This document shows positions 18,501-27,700 of a stretch of DNA of 64,000 nucleotides, in pieces. The DNA is from a virus, in IMG/VR virus record IMGVR_UViG_3300042691_030776; one strand, given 5' to 3'. The translations under genes were made by a program, and so were the position numbers. The notes under the pieces were generated by a model. That model did no database searches, was not told the origin of the DNA, and was given only the letters and a program-made list of their open reading frames with translations. The first letter of the stretch is position 1; each line of letters opens with the position of its first letter.

Positions 18501-18564
18501 CAAACCTGGATCATCAACTCCCAACGATGATGAAGCATCGGCTTTTAGTCCGTTCCAGGCATGA
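15562..18564 (+). CDS. Baseplate hub-like structural protein (1000 aa)
   Basis: Position between gp53 and gp5; LTIIGDPDW and V..V.S.F..GKFTQ.L motifs typical of hub proteins. Confidence 0.55.
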   Translation: MAINFFLSSKAAERFLNQAEKQLDTARRVNGELAAAVATRNVQRSENLYGQVNNFLGLATTNNNSAKREISDMARDAVIEPERELVQVYTARTKDIDTGINGVRLSSTQLITELGQARYNEQNNAPRPAVTSSGADAIEAQRAADDDARAQNPPAPLQTFNDEGELIDVPENVSEDTNADQPRLLGGPEDIGNDDGSAVVGANRPTVILARSQGAGAPGAPSDDQRSQPGAVSGSGIAEGGRPAIAPEFLAPIIPTPNPLAKLASMNYAVSIYLLNIEEYKRMLIAQKKVLPTQQLIIQSGGIDQGAGFGIGQRNKYFDVDFYLDNINIDSSIGTQGGTRAHNALTLNFTVTEPTGITFIQRLRKAVREHQNIGTSTVSEANQNFLMVIRFYGYDANGQMVNGSQLGIKEVGSDNNAVIEKWIPFQIADIRYKLANKVIEYVVTATVPQTAVGFSQMYATIPFDFELQAPDVATLLNGKTVLSRTNTANNEDLARDQEGSSNPPPNATPISALKQYTNGLAQALNEHQKNLVDTRQQQRADQYEIVIANVKGLSDAKIARPGRQDKQRTATPPPTTANQALNPQTSSYNNNSKTWSVTRGTQIVQLIDLVIRNSTYITSQQNVIFDEQTKQPKAQTPVATVQWFRIGCQVTPLEYDNIRRNLSYKIVYTVSPYQINDPRVAVFPPARFRGTHKVYNYWFTGENAEVLDLDIQVDYNYTTTFSNFQGGVPFADWTSSSRIYEKRAFQNKPNSEGTGGTGDTTTPAAQLAERLYNDADIQKASLTIIGDPDWVQQSEVFYNDPKSINLSPFMPDGSVNTAASEVLYEIKFNPVNDYNLSSGLAAINSNGGLYGQTTADIALEPQSTVFNALLVKSNFRQGKFTQRLIGAVRYFNPATATGQVQAQGSTVTRVNAEQNASADGIRGQQADVRRVDNQIAANETAAARARFLNGALPAPTDWADPYGTSDAAAIIAAQAGPPSVKPGSSTPNDDEASAFSPFQA

Positions 18565-18570
18565 CCTTAA

Positions 18571-18576
18571 TAAGTA
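18571..18576 (+). promoter_or_regulatory. Late promoter variant TAAGTA (7 nt before gp5 ATG)
   Basis: TAAGTA-gaaaacc-ATG. Confidence 0.55.
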
Positions 18577-18583
18577 GAAAACC

Positions 18584-20914
18584 ATGGCAAATAATATGCA
18601 ACGCTCATCGGGTATACCCGGTGGTTATAGATTAGATCGAGGAAATGCACCCACACAAGTGGGTATGTACATTGGCGAAGTGCGCCAGGTACTTGACAGC
18701 ACTCGTAGTGGACAAGTCAAAGTTTGGATCGAAGACTTTGCCGGCCCTGACAAAACCAATCCAGATCTCTGGCGTCCTGTGAGTCCTGTGAGTCCATTTT
18801 ATGGGACCACGAATCCGCCCGCTGATCAACAAACAGGCGAAGGTAGCTATGTACTTAACAAGCAGAGCTACGGTATGTGGTTCACGCCTCCCGACATTGG
18901 CACACAACTGATATGCTTTTTTGCTTCTGGTGACTCTAACTATGGTTATTATCTTGGAGCAGTGGTCGAGCCCGGCGTCAACCATATGTTACCAGCCATT
19001 GGTGCGTCGCGCAACTTTAAACTAGACAACAGCGCACAGCAACCCTATTTCAATGGCGCCAAACAACTGCCAGTGGTTGAGCTCAACATCAACAATCAAC
19101 AGATTGCAGAAAACCCCAAATTTTACGACAGCAAAAAACCAGTACACTCTGTTGTTGCCGCTGTGATGTTACAGCAAGGCTTGATCAAAGATCCCATACG
19201 AGGTCCCATCAACTCTAACGCCCAACGAGAAAGCCCCAGCACAGTATATGGCATCAGCACTCCTGGCAGACCTATATACCTTGGAGGTATGACCGATGCT
19301 GACGTACTGCAACGAGCACAGTCAGGCAGTTTAAATCCTCAAGATGCCACAATAGTCGCACGTCGTGGCGGACATTCTTTTGTCATGGATGATGGTGATA
19401 TTTCTGGCAACGATGCCTTGGTACGATTGCGTACATCCAAAGGCCATCAGATCACAATGAGTGATTCGGGAGATTGCTTCTTTATCATACACGCCAATGG
19501 TCAAACATGGTTGGAGTTTGGTAACCAAGGTACTGTGGATATCTATTCGACCAACTCTATCAATCTGCGCAGTAACGGTGACATCAACTTGCATGCCGAC
19601 CGCAACATCAATATGAATGCCAAAGGGGTGATCAATGTCAAAGGCGAAAGAGCTATTGCTCTAGAGAGTGAATTGATCACTGCCAAATCATCCAAGGCCA
19701 TGTTGTTGTACAGCAAAGAATATGTGGGCATCAAGAGCGATGGAACATTGAGCCTTAAATCTGATAAATCAGGAACCTGGGATGCTGGTAGCAACATGGT
19801 ACTCAGTGCTGGTTGTATTTCTCTCAATGGCGGTGATGCGCCTGACGTACCCAAACCTGGCGATATACTCAAACAAAGTTTGCCCGACGTCAAGTTTGAA
19901 CAAAACCGAGGCTGGGTGGTGCAAAATGGAGCATTGACATCAATCGTTACTCGAGCACCCACACATCAACCTTATCCTTTGGCCAATCGTGGTATCAACA
20001 ATCAAACTGATCTACAAGCATCCACAGCACCAGTGGCTGTGTCAGGAGAAATCAACACCAAGTATGCAGAGATACAAGATGTAGATTTTAATCCAATACA
20101 GGCCGAAGACTATGAAGTACAACAGCCAGCCACAAGAAGCATAGGTTCGATTGAGCCTGATCAAGTCACAGGTATGTTGGCACAAACCAGGCTAGACTCT
20201 GGCCAAGATTCCACTGATCTCAGTGAGGAAGGACTTGGAGAATACAAGTTAACACCAGCACAGTTGGAAGCCGCAGGATATCTCAAACCAGGCACAGTTG
20301 AGTTTTATTTGAGCGATGGTACAGCCACCGCCGTAGACGTGTTGACCAGTCCGTCGGTGTGGACCGGGCAATCAGGGGTCAGCAATGTGTCTGCTTTGTT
20401 GTCAGATCGTAACTTACAAGCACAGGTACAAACAGATCTTTATTCACAATCATTGCAACGACTCAGATCTGCAGGAGTAGTAACTGGTGGCGAAGATCCT
20501 GCAAAACTGGCTGGTATTGTGCAGGCCGGATCTAAATATGGAGCAGAAACAGTCAAACAGTGGATACAAGGAAAACTGGGAGATTCAAACAAAAACTCTG
20601 AGATCAACAAACTGGTTCGTGGAGCCCAGTATGCAGTGGATCTTGCCAACCAAAAAATCAGTGACGCCCTCAAAGGCTACAGCACCACAGGTATAGGATC
20701 TACTTCTACTGTAAATCGCAGTGGAATAGATTCCGCAGTCACGTCGGTGATCGGAGATGCTAAAATCACCACTCCCAACTACACCACTCCGTTTACCATA
20801 TATTCCAATGTAACTGATGCGGATCTAACTTATTCCGGAGACGACCCCATTGTGTTAGCCAACATAAATGCTGAACGTCGCCGCCGCGGTCTTCCTCCCA
20901 TACAAACGGCTTAA
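18584..20914 (+). CDS. gp5: Baseplate spike protein, gp5/VgrG-like
   Basis: OB-fold (D...SGQVKVWI, YGMWFTPPDIG), GHSFVMDD/RTSKGHQI, beta-helix repeats (INLRSNGDINLHADRNINMNA). Confidence 0.82.
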   Translation: MANNMQRSSGIPGGYRLDRGNAPTQVGMYIGEVRQVLDSTRSGQVKVWIEDFAGPDKTNPDLWRPVSPVSPFYGTTNPPADQQTGEGSYVLNKQSYGMWFTPPDIGTQLICFFASGDSNYGYYLGAVVEPGVNHMLPAIGASRNFKLDNSAQQPYFNGAKQLPVVELNINNQQIAENPKFYDSKKPVHSVVAAVMLQQGLIKDPIRGPINSNAQRESPSTVYGISTPGRPIYLGGMTDADVLQRAQSGSLNPQDATIVARRGGHSFVMDDGDISGNDALVRLRTSKGHQITMSDSGDCFFIIHANGQTWLEFGNQGTVDIYSTNSINLRSNGDINLHADRNINMNAKGVINVKGERAIALESELITAKSSKAMLLYSKEYVGIKSDGTLSLKSDKSGTWDAGSNMVLSAGCISLNGGDAPDVPKPGDILKQSLPDVKFEQNRGWVVQNGALTSIVTRAPTHQPYPLANRGINNQTDLQASTAPVAVSGEINTKYAEIQDVDFNPIQAEDYEVQQPATRSIGSIEPDQVTGMLAQTRLDSGQDSTDLSEEGLGEYKLTPAQLEAAGYLKPGTVEFYLSDGTATAVDVLTSPSVWTGQSGVSNVSALLSDRNLQAQVQTDLYSQSLQRLRSAGVVTGGEDPAKLAGIVQAGSKYGAETVKQWIQGKLGDSNKNSEINKLVRGAQYAVDLANQKISDALKGYSTTGIGSTSTVNRSGIDSAVTSVIGDAKITTPNYTTPFTIYSNVTDADLTYSGDDPIVLANINAERRRRGLPPIQTA

Positions 20915-20917
20915 ATA
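20912..20917 (+). promoter_or_regulatory. Late promoter core TAAATA (7 nt before gp25 ATG)
   Basis: TAAATA-ctagacc-ATG. Confidence 0.6.
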
Positions 20918-20924
20918 CTAGACC

Positions 20925-21299
20925 ATGGCTACATTTATTGGATTCAACACCATCGATCAGTACAAGAAGTTCACACTTGTGGACTTCCAGTTGATTAAGC
21001 GCGACTTGCTGAACTATTTCAATATACGACAAGGTGAAAAAGTTGGTAGGCCCGAAGTAGGTACTACAATGTGGAACTTGGTATTTGAACCACAAACAGA
21101 ACAAACAGCCTCACTAATAGTACAGGAAATGCAACGCATCGTGGGACAAGATCCAAGGATTTATCTATCCAGTGCCGAAGCCTACCCACAGGTCAACGGC
21201 ATTCTCGTTGAGTTAGAAATACAAACAGTGCAGGGACAAACTGCTGAACTGCTGAGTGTATTCTTTGATCAACAGACTCGCACCGCCAGTTACATCTAA
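20925..21299 (+). CDS. gp25: Baseplate wedge subunit, gp25-like
   Basis: IKRDLLN...RQGEKVGRPEVGT..W.L.FEP...DPRI motif. Confidence 0.9.
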   Translation: MATFIGFNTIDQYKKFTLVDFQLIKRDLLNYFNIRQGEKVGRPEVGTTMWNLVFEPQTEQTASLIVQEMQRIVGQDPRIYLSSAEAYPQVNGILVELEIQTVQGQTAELLSVFFDQQTRTASYI

Positions 21300-21304
21300 A
21301 TCTG

Positions 21305-21328
21305 AGCCGTTTATTCAAACCATAAATA
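21305..21328 (+). promoter_or_regulatory. Late promoter AGCCGTTT-N10-TAAATA
   Basis: Upstream of gp6. Confidence 0.65.
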
Positions 21329-21344
21329 CTTCACGGAAGGTATT

Positions 21345-24300
21345 ATGGCCAAGACTACTAGACAAACAGCAATATTTGGGGTAGAAGACTGGAAACGGAT
21401 CTACACAACATATCGAGAAGCAGACTTTCAAAGTTATGATTTTGAGACTCTGCGTAAGAGCTTTGTTGATTATATTCGTATCTATTACCCTGAAAACTTC
21501 AATGACTACATTGAATCGTCAGAGTTTGTAGCTCTCTTGGACGTCATGGCCTTTATGGGCCAAGCACTGGCTTTCCGTAACGATTTAAACATCCGCGAAA
21601 ACTTCTTAGACACAGCTGAAAGACGTGATTCCGTGGTACAGCTGGCCAATCTAGTCAGCTATACTCCTAAACGCAATCAAGAAGCACAGGGATATCTCAA
21701 AGTTTTCAACGTTTCAACCACAGAAAATGTTATAGACTACAACGGTCAGAACCTCAGCGGTGTGACCATAAACTGGAATGATGTTACAAACCCCAACTGG
21801 CAAGAACAGTTCACAGTGATCGTGAATGCGGCCTTGGCTGACAGCCAACGATTTGGCAAGCCTGGAGCTACAAAAAACATCCTAGGCATTGAAACCCAGG
21901 AATACAGTTTAAATCTTGTGCCAGGCTACTTACCGATCGTGCCATTTACATCTGAAGTTGATGGCACATCAATGAGTTTTGAAGCTGTGAGTGCCACTTT
22001 CCAAAACGAAGATTATGTGTATGAACCATCGCCACGCCCGTCGGGTATCTTCAACGTGCTGTTCCGTAATGATAGACTAGGCTTTGGCAGTCCCAACACA
22101 GGATTCTTCTTTTATTTTAAACAAGGTTCATTGCAGAATCAAGATTTTAACCTCGGCGAGCGCATTTCAAATCGTGTGGTAGCTGTCAACATTGAAGGCA
22201 TCAACAACGATGACGTGTGGCTATATCAACTCGATGATGTGGGCAACATCCAATACGAGTGGGAAAAAGTGGACAGTATCTACAGTGCGGCAGTAGAACA
22301 GTTAGCACCAGATGCTCGCAAGTTCTTTTCTGTAACATCAAGAACCAACGATCAGATCAACTTGAACTTTGGCGATGGAGTTTTTACTGAAATCCCTGTA
22401 GGCACATTCCGTAGCTATGTCCGTGCGTCCAACGGTTTGCAGTACATCATCAATCCAGAAGAAATGCAGGCCGTACAGATCTCCATCGGTTACGTTAGCC
22501 GTACAGGTAGATTAGAAAACATCACATTCACCTGCGGTTTGAGCCAGCCAGTGAGCAATGCTTCTGCTAGAGAAACAATCGCTGCCATCAAGCAACGTGC
22601 TCCTGCTCGTTACTACACACAGAACCGCATGGTCAACGGTGAAGACTATTCAAACTTACCTTATACATTGTTTGGTACGATCATCAAATCCAAAGCTGTG
22701 AATCGTAGTTCCATTGGTACCAGTAGATATCTCGATCTAGTAGACATCACCGGAAAATACTCGTCTACCAACATATTTGGTAGCGACGGCCTGATTTGGG
22801 AAAATACTGCCAGTCCAAGTTTTACATTTACTTTTGTTGATCAAAATGACATTGCCAACGCTATCATCAATGAAGTAGAACCTGTGCTTGGAAGTCGCGG
22901 AATGTTGGAGTTTTACTATCAGAACTTCCCTCGCCCAAGTCTGACTACATTGAACATTGAATGGCAACAAAGTACCACTGCTGCCAACGAAACCACAGGT
23001 TATTTTAAATTCAAAGCCAGCGGTGCGCCAGCACCTATTGGGCCCCAGACCAGCGACAACAAAAAATACATGGCGCAGGGATCCTTGATCAAGTTTGTTC
23101 CGCCAGCTGGTTATTACTTTGATCAGAACAACAGATTAAAACTAGGTGTGCCTTCACAGCCCAATGACAAGTTGGTGTTGTGGGCCACGGTCAGCGCACT
23201 GGTATTAGACGGAACCAACTTTGGTAATGGAAACTTTCCAGACGGAGTTGGCCCTGTCACGCTCAACAACTTTATACCCACAGATGCTGTTCCTGTGCAA
23301 GTCATACCTAAATTTGTGACAGATTTGCCAACCACGGTTGAGCAGTCAATGACTGAACAAATAGAACTGTATAGAAATTTTGGTATTGGATTTGACAATC
23401 TAACATCAACTTGGTATGTGATCACTTCCAACAACTTGGATGCAGATACCACATTTAGTTTGGCTTATGCGCAGGATCAGTCAGGTCAAGGGCTTGACAA
23501 CTCTTGGTTGGTAGCATTCACTACAGATGGCGTGACTTACACAGTGACCTATCGTTCACTGCAACGATTCTGGGGTAGCGTGTTGCAGACACGTTTCTTC
23601 TACGATGGATCACAGCGTGTATATGATCCACGCACAGGTACTGTAATCAACGATTTCATCAACTGCCTCAAGACCAATAATCTTCCAGACGTGAGCTTGC
23701 CACAGAACTCAGACATCGTCATGGACATCATCGGTCAGCCTATCGAAAGCGATGGCTATGTCGATGATTTCCAAGTGCGCATCAGTTTCAAAGACTTTGA
23801 CAATGATGGTGTTGCTGACGACCCTGACTACTTCCAAACCATTGTGGCTCCCACTGTGAATCCTTCCAGCAAGTATGTGTTTTTCCAACGTACAGTAGAC
23901 TTTGACAATCTTGAACGCTACTTACCGTTGAATGCCGGAGAAGTTATCAGCGAGTATCAAACCAAAGATCAGATTGAACTGGTCAAAGCAGAATACGCAG
24001 ATGGACAGTATTTCTATGCCACCAATGAGTTGGCATTCTACGAGCTCGACATTGCCTTCAACGGTGTAAGAACACTGAGCCAAGTCACAGATTTGTTGGC
24101 CAAAGTTGGTCGCCAAGATCTAGCATTCCAGTATCGTCACAACGCACCATTGAGTCGCAGGATCGATCCTGGTTCATCCAACATTATTGACTTGTATTTG
24201 GTCACACAGGCCTATTACACAGCCTACCAAAACTATATCAAAGATTCAACAAACACAGTGCCCGAGCCTAGCCCGCCGACCATTGATGAGCTGTCAGCGT

Positions 24301-24752
24301 CCTACAACGGGCTACAAAAGTACAAAATGATTTCAGACAACGTGATCCTTAACTCTGTAGTATTCAAACCATTGTTTGGTGTCAAATCTCCTCCTGAACT
24401 ACGAGCCACACTCAAAGTGATACGTAGTTCAAACTCTGTGGTCAGTGTCAGCGAAATCAAGAGTCGCATGGTTGCCGCTCTTAATGAATATTTTACCATT
24501 GACAAATGGGATTTTGGGTTGACCTTCTATTTCTCAGAGCTGGCTGCTTATCTACACAAAGAGTTAGGGGACATTATTTCCACAGTGGTATTGGTTCCAC
24601 AAGATCCTCTAAAGAGCTTTGGTGACCTGTATGAGATACGTAGCCAACCCAATGAAATATTTGTCAACGCTGCCACTGTGACAGATATTGAAGTGATTGA
24701 CGCATTGACCAGCAGTGAATTGAGAACCGCTCCCAACAGTGGTGTTGTATAA
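21345..24752 (+). CDS. gp6: Baseplate wedge subunit, gp6-like
   Basis: DFETLR...FNDY.ESS...LLD..A, ENFLDTAERRDSV..LA...Y.PKR, FGDG, E.I..IK..AP..Y.TQNRMV..EDY. Confidence 0.9.
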   Translation: MAKTTRQTAIFGVEDWKRIYTTYREADFQSYDFETLRKSFVDYIRIYYPENFNDYIESSEFVALLDVMAFMGQALAFRNDLNIRENFLDTAERRDSVVQLANLVSYTPKRNQEAQGYLKVFNVSTTENVIDYNGQNLSGVTINWNDVTNPNWQEQFTVIVNAALADSQRFGKPGATKNILGIETQEYSLNLVPGYLPIVPFTSEVDGTSMSFEAVSATFQNEDYVYEPSPRPSGIFNVLFRNDRLGFGSPNTGFFFYFKQGSLQNQDFNLGERISNRVVAVNIEGINNDDVWLYQLDDVGNIQYEWEKVDSIYSAAVEQLAPDARKFFSVTSRTNDQINLNFGDGVFTEIPVGTFRSYVRASNGLQYIINPEEMQAVQISIGYVSRTGRLENITFTCGLSQPVSNASARETIAAIKQRAPARYYTQNRMVNGEDYSNLPYTLFGTIIKSKAVNRSSIGTSRYLDLVDITGKYSSTNIFGSDGLIWENTASPSFTFTFVDQNDIANAIINEVEPVLGSRGMLEFYYQNFPRPSLTTLNIEWQQSTTAANETTGYFKFKASGAPAPIGPQTSDNKKYMAQGSLIKFVPPAGYYFDQNNRLKLGVPSQPNDKLVLWATVSALVLDGTNFGNGNFPDGVGPVTLNNFIPTDAVPVQVIPKFVTDLPTTVEQSMTEQIELYRNFGIGFDNLTSTWYVITSNNLDADTTFSLAYAQDQSGQGLDNSWLVAFTTDGVTYTVTYRSLQRFWGSVLQTRFFYDGSQRVYDPRTGTVINDFINCLKTNNLPDVSLPQNSDIVMDIIGQPIESDGYVDDFQVRISFKDFDNDGVADDPDYFQTIVAPTVNPSSKYVFFQRTVDFDNLERYLPLNAGEVISEYQTKDQIELVKAEYADGQYFYATNELAFYELDIAFNGVRTLSQVTDLLAKVGRQDLAFQYRHNAPLSRRIDPGSSNIIDLYLVTQAYYTAYQNYIKDSTNTVPEPSPPTIDELSASYNGLQKYKMISDNVILNSVVFKPLFGVKSPPELRATLKVIRSSNSVVSVSEIKSRMVAALNEYFTIDKWDFGLTFYFSELAAYLHKELGDIISTVVLVPQDPLKSFGDLYEIRSQPNEIFVNAATVTDIEVIDALTSSELRTAPNSGVV

Positions 24753-24754
24753 AC

Positions 24755-27700
24755 ATGGCAAACACAAGAATTAGAACAGTAGATTTTTTACCAGAGATTT
24801 TCCGCACGGCTACCAATCGCCAGTTTCTCAGCGCGACTCTAGATCAGCTGGTACAAGACCCCAAGCTCAAACCTACACAAGGATATATTGGACGCAGAGT
24901 AGGACCTGGTGTTAACCCCAATGACAACTATGTTCTAGAACCTACCAAAACAAGAACAGATTATCAGTTGGAACCAGGTGTGGTGTTTTTAAAACCCAAC
25001 ACCAACACTGTTGAAACAGCGGTGACATATCCAGGCTTGATTGATTCGATCAAAGTCAAAGGTGGCAATGTATCAAGACAAGACAGACTCTGGGAAAGCG
25101 AATACTACAGCTGGGATCCGTTTGTTGATCTTGACAAGTTTATCAACTTCAGCCAATATTATTGGCTGCCCGGTGGACCTGATTCTGTAGACGTATTTGC
25201 TGATCCTATTCCGCTGACCGATGATTACACTGTCACTCGTAACGCCACAAACTATGAGTTCAGTGGTGTACCTGGACAGAATCCAACCATCACATTGGCC
25301 AGACAAGGCACCTACGAATTCAATGTACAACAAACTGGCCATCGTTTCTGGATACAAGCAGTTCCAGGAATATCAGGAACATTGCCTCAAACTCCTAACC
25401 AGAGCAGTAGAGAAGTGCTGGGTGTAATCAACAACGGCGATGACAATGGAACTATCACTTTCAATGTTCCAGAGAAGTCTGCACAGAACTTTTATTATAC
25501 ATTGGCTGATGCTGGTTCGGTGTCATTTGCCACAAACATTGACTTTGATCAGATCAATAATCAATACGTATCCGAGTTTTTGAGAAACTATGGTGGCATT
25601 GATGGCGTCACCGATCTTGATGGCCGCACAGTTATTTTCTTAGGTGATTCGGGTTGGTTCTTTACAGGACTATATGATAGTCCAGGTCAGCCCTATGATA
25701 CTGTACCATTTGATGAAACGATAGAAATCACTCTAGATTCTCAAAAGTATTCTGTATGGCGAATCACGTATGTCTATGATGACCCTACCAATCCTTATAT
25801 CAAACTCACAGTAGATCGTCCAGTCAACAACCTTAGTCGACTGTTGATAGAATACGGTACGCAGTATTCAAATATCAGCTTTTATAAAACTGCATCAGGA
25901 TTTTTTGAGCGTATACCACTGATCACAGCCAATCTTGACGTGCTGTATTATCAAGATCAAGACAATCCAGCCTTGTTTGGACTGATTAGACTGGTTGATA
26001 ATCCTAATACTGCTCCTATCGTTGTACAAGACGAAAGTATTCCCAGCGTAAGATTAATCAATGCCAACATCAATGACACTGTGTTGACCTTTACCACGGC
26101 CATTGGCGGAGCACTATTGCCAGGTATGGTTCTCAGTGGCGGAGGCGTCACTGACGGTACGTATCTTGTGAGCTCTCTGGGCGACAACACTTGGTTACTG
26201 AATCAAACAGCCACAGGACAACCAAACGTAGCTCAAATAGTTGATATCATCGGAGCAAGATATTATACCAGCCCCAATGGTGTGGTATTTTCCAATGGTC
26301 TCAAAGTGCAGTTCCAAGGACCAACTGTGCCCGCCAGCTATTCAGGCAACACCTATTATGTCGAAGGAGTTGGAGCGTCAATACAACTGCTGCCAGTTGA
26401 AAACTTTATCACTCCTGAAACCTACACAAGATCAACCACAGTTCCCTATGATTCGACTCCGTATGACGCAACACCATTTGATGATTCGTTAAATGCGCCA
26501 TTGGACACAGACTATCTCACGATCAACCGCGCCAGCCAGGATCAAAATGCTTGGAGTCGTAGCAATCGCTGGTTCCACGTTGACATCATCAATGCCACAG
26601 CTGAATACAATGGCACTGTGCCATTCCTAGACAATCGATATCGTGCTAAAAGACCAATCATAGAGTTCATTGCCAATCTTAAACTGTTTGATTATGGCAC
26701 TGAAGCCATAGCCCCAGTCAACATCATCGACTTCAGAGAAACAGATGCGTTGAGTAATATCAATGGTACCATTGGCTATAGTGTGGATGGATATGCGTTT
26801 GCCAACGGCACACGGGTTATTTTTGCCGCAGATATCGATCCCGAAGTGCGTAACAAAGTCTATGAAGTTCAGTTCATATTGCCCACTGGGTCAGGTGTGC
26901 CAATCATTGATTTGCAACCTGCTGATTTGAATTCACCAGATCAACTCTACGGTCAGAATACCATTATCACCAGCGGTATCACGCAACAAGGAAAGAGTTT
27001 TTGGTACAATGGCATCACCTGGGTCCCAGCACAACAAAAAACCGGTGTTAATCAAGCACCGTTGTTTGATGTGTTTGACGGCAATGGTTTTAGTTTCAGC
27101 GACAGATTGGTTTATCCAGGAACATCGTTCACGGGCACTAAACTTTTCAGTTATGCCATCGGTGAAGGCGTCACCGACAAAGTCATTGGGCAGCCTCTGA
27201 AATATCTCACAATCAACAACGTTGGAGACATTGTATTTGATAACAATCTTTACATTGATGAGTTTACCTACGTTGAAGATACAATCACAGTTACAGAACA
27301 GATTGGCACAGGTTTTGTAAGACAATACTACAGCCGTCTTGAGTTTGACAAGTTAATAGGTTGGACCACAGCATATACCACTGTGACATCTCGACAAGGA
27401 TTCTCTTTCACTTACACTGGTGATCCACTGGTAATTGATGTTCCAGTAAACACCAACAGTACCGCAGTACCGATAAAAGTGTTTGTCGACGCTATATTTT
27501 TAACCACAGACAACTACACCTACGAGATCAAACCAAACAACAGCACTGTTATTACATTTATAAATCCACCTCCGTTGAATTCTTCTATAGAAGTTTCCAT
27601 AGTCAGCGATGTGGCCAGCCCAACTGGATTCTACAGTGTTCCTTTGAATCTTGAAAACAATCCTCTAAACAGTCAAGTCACTGAGGTCACACTGGGCACG

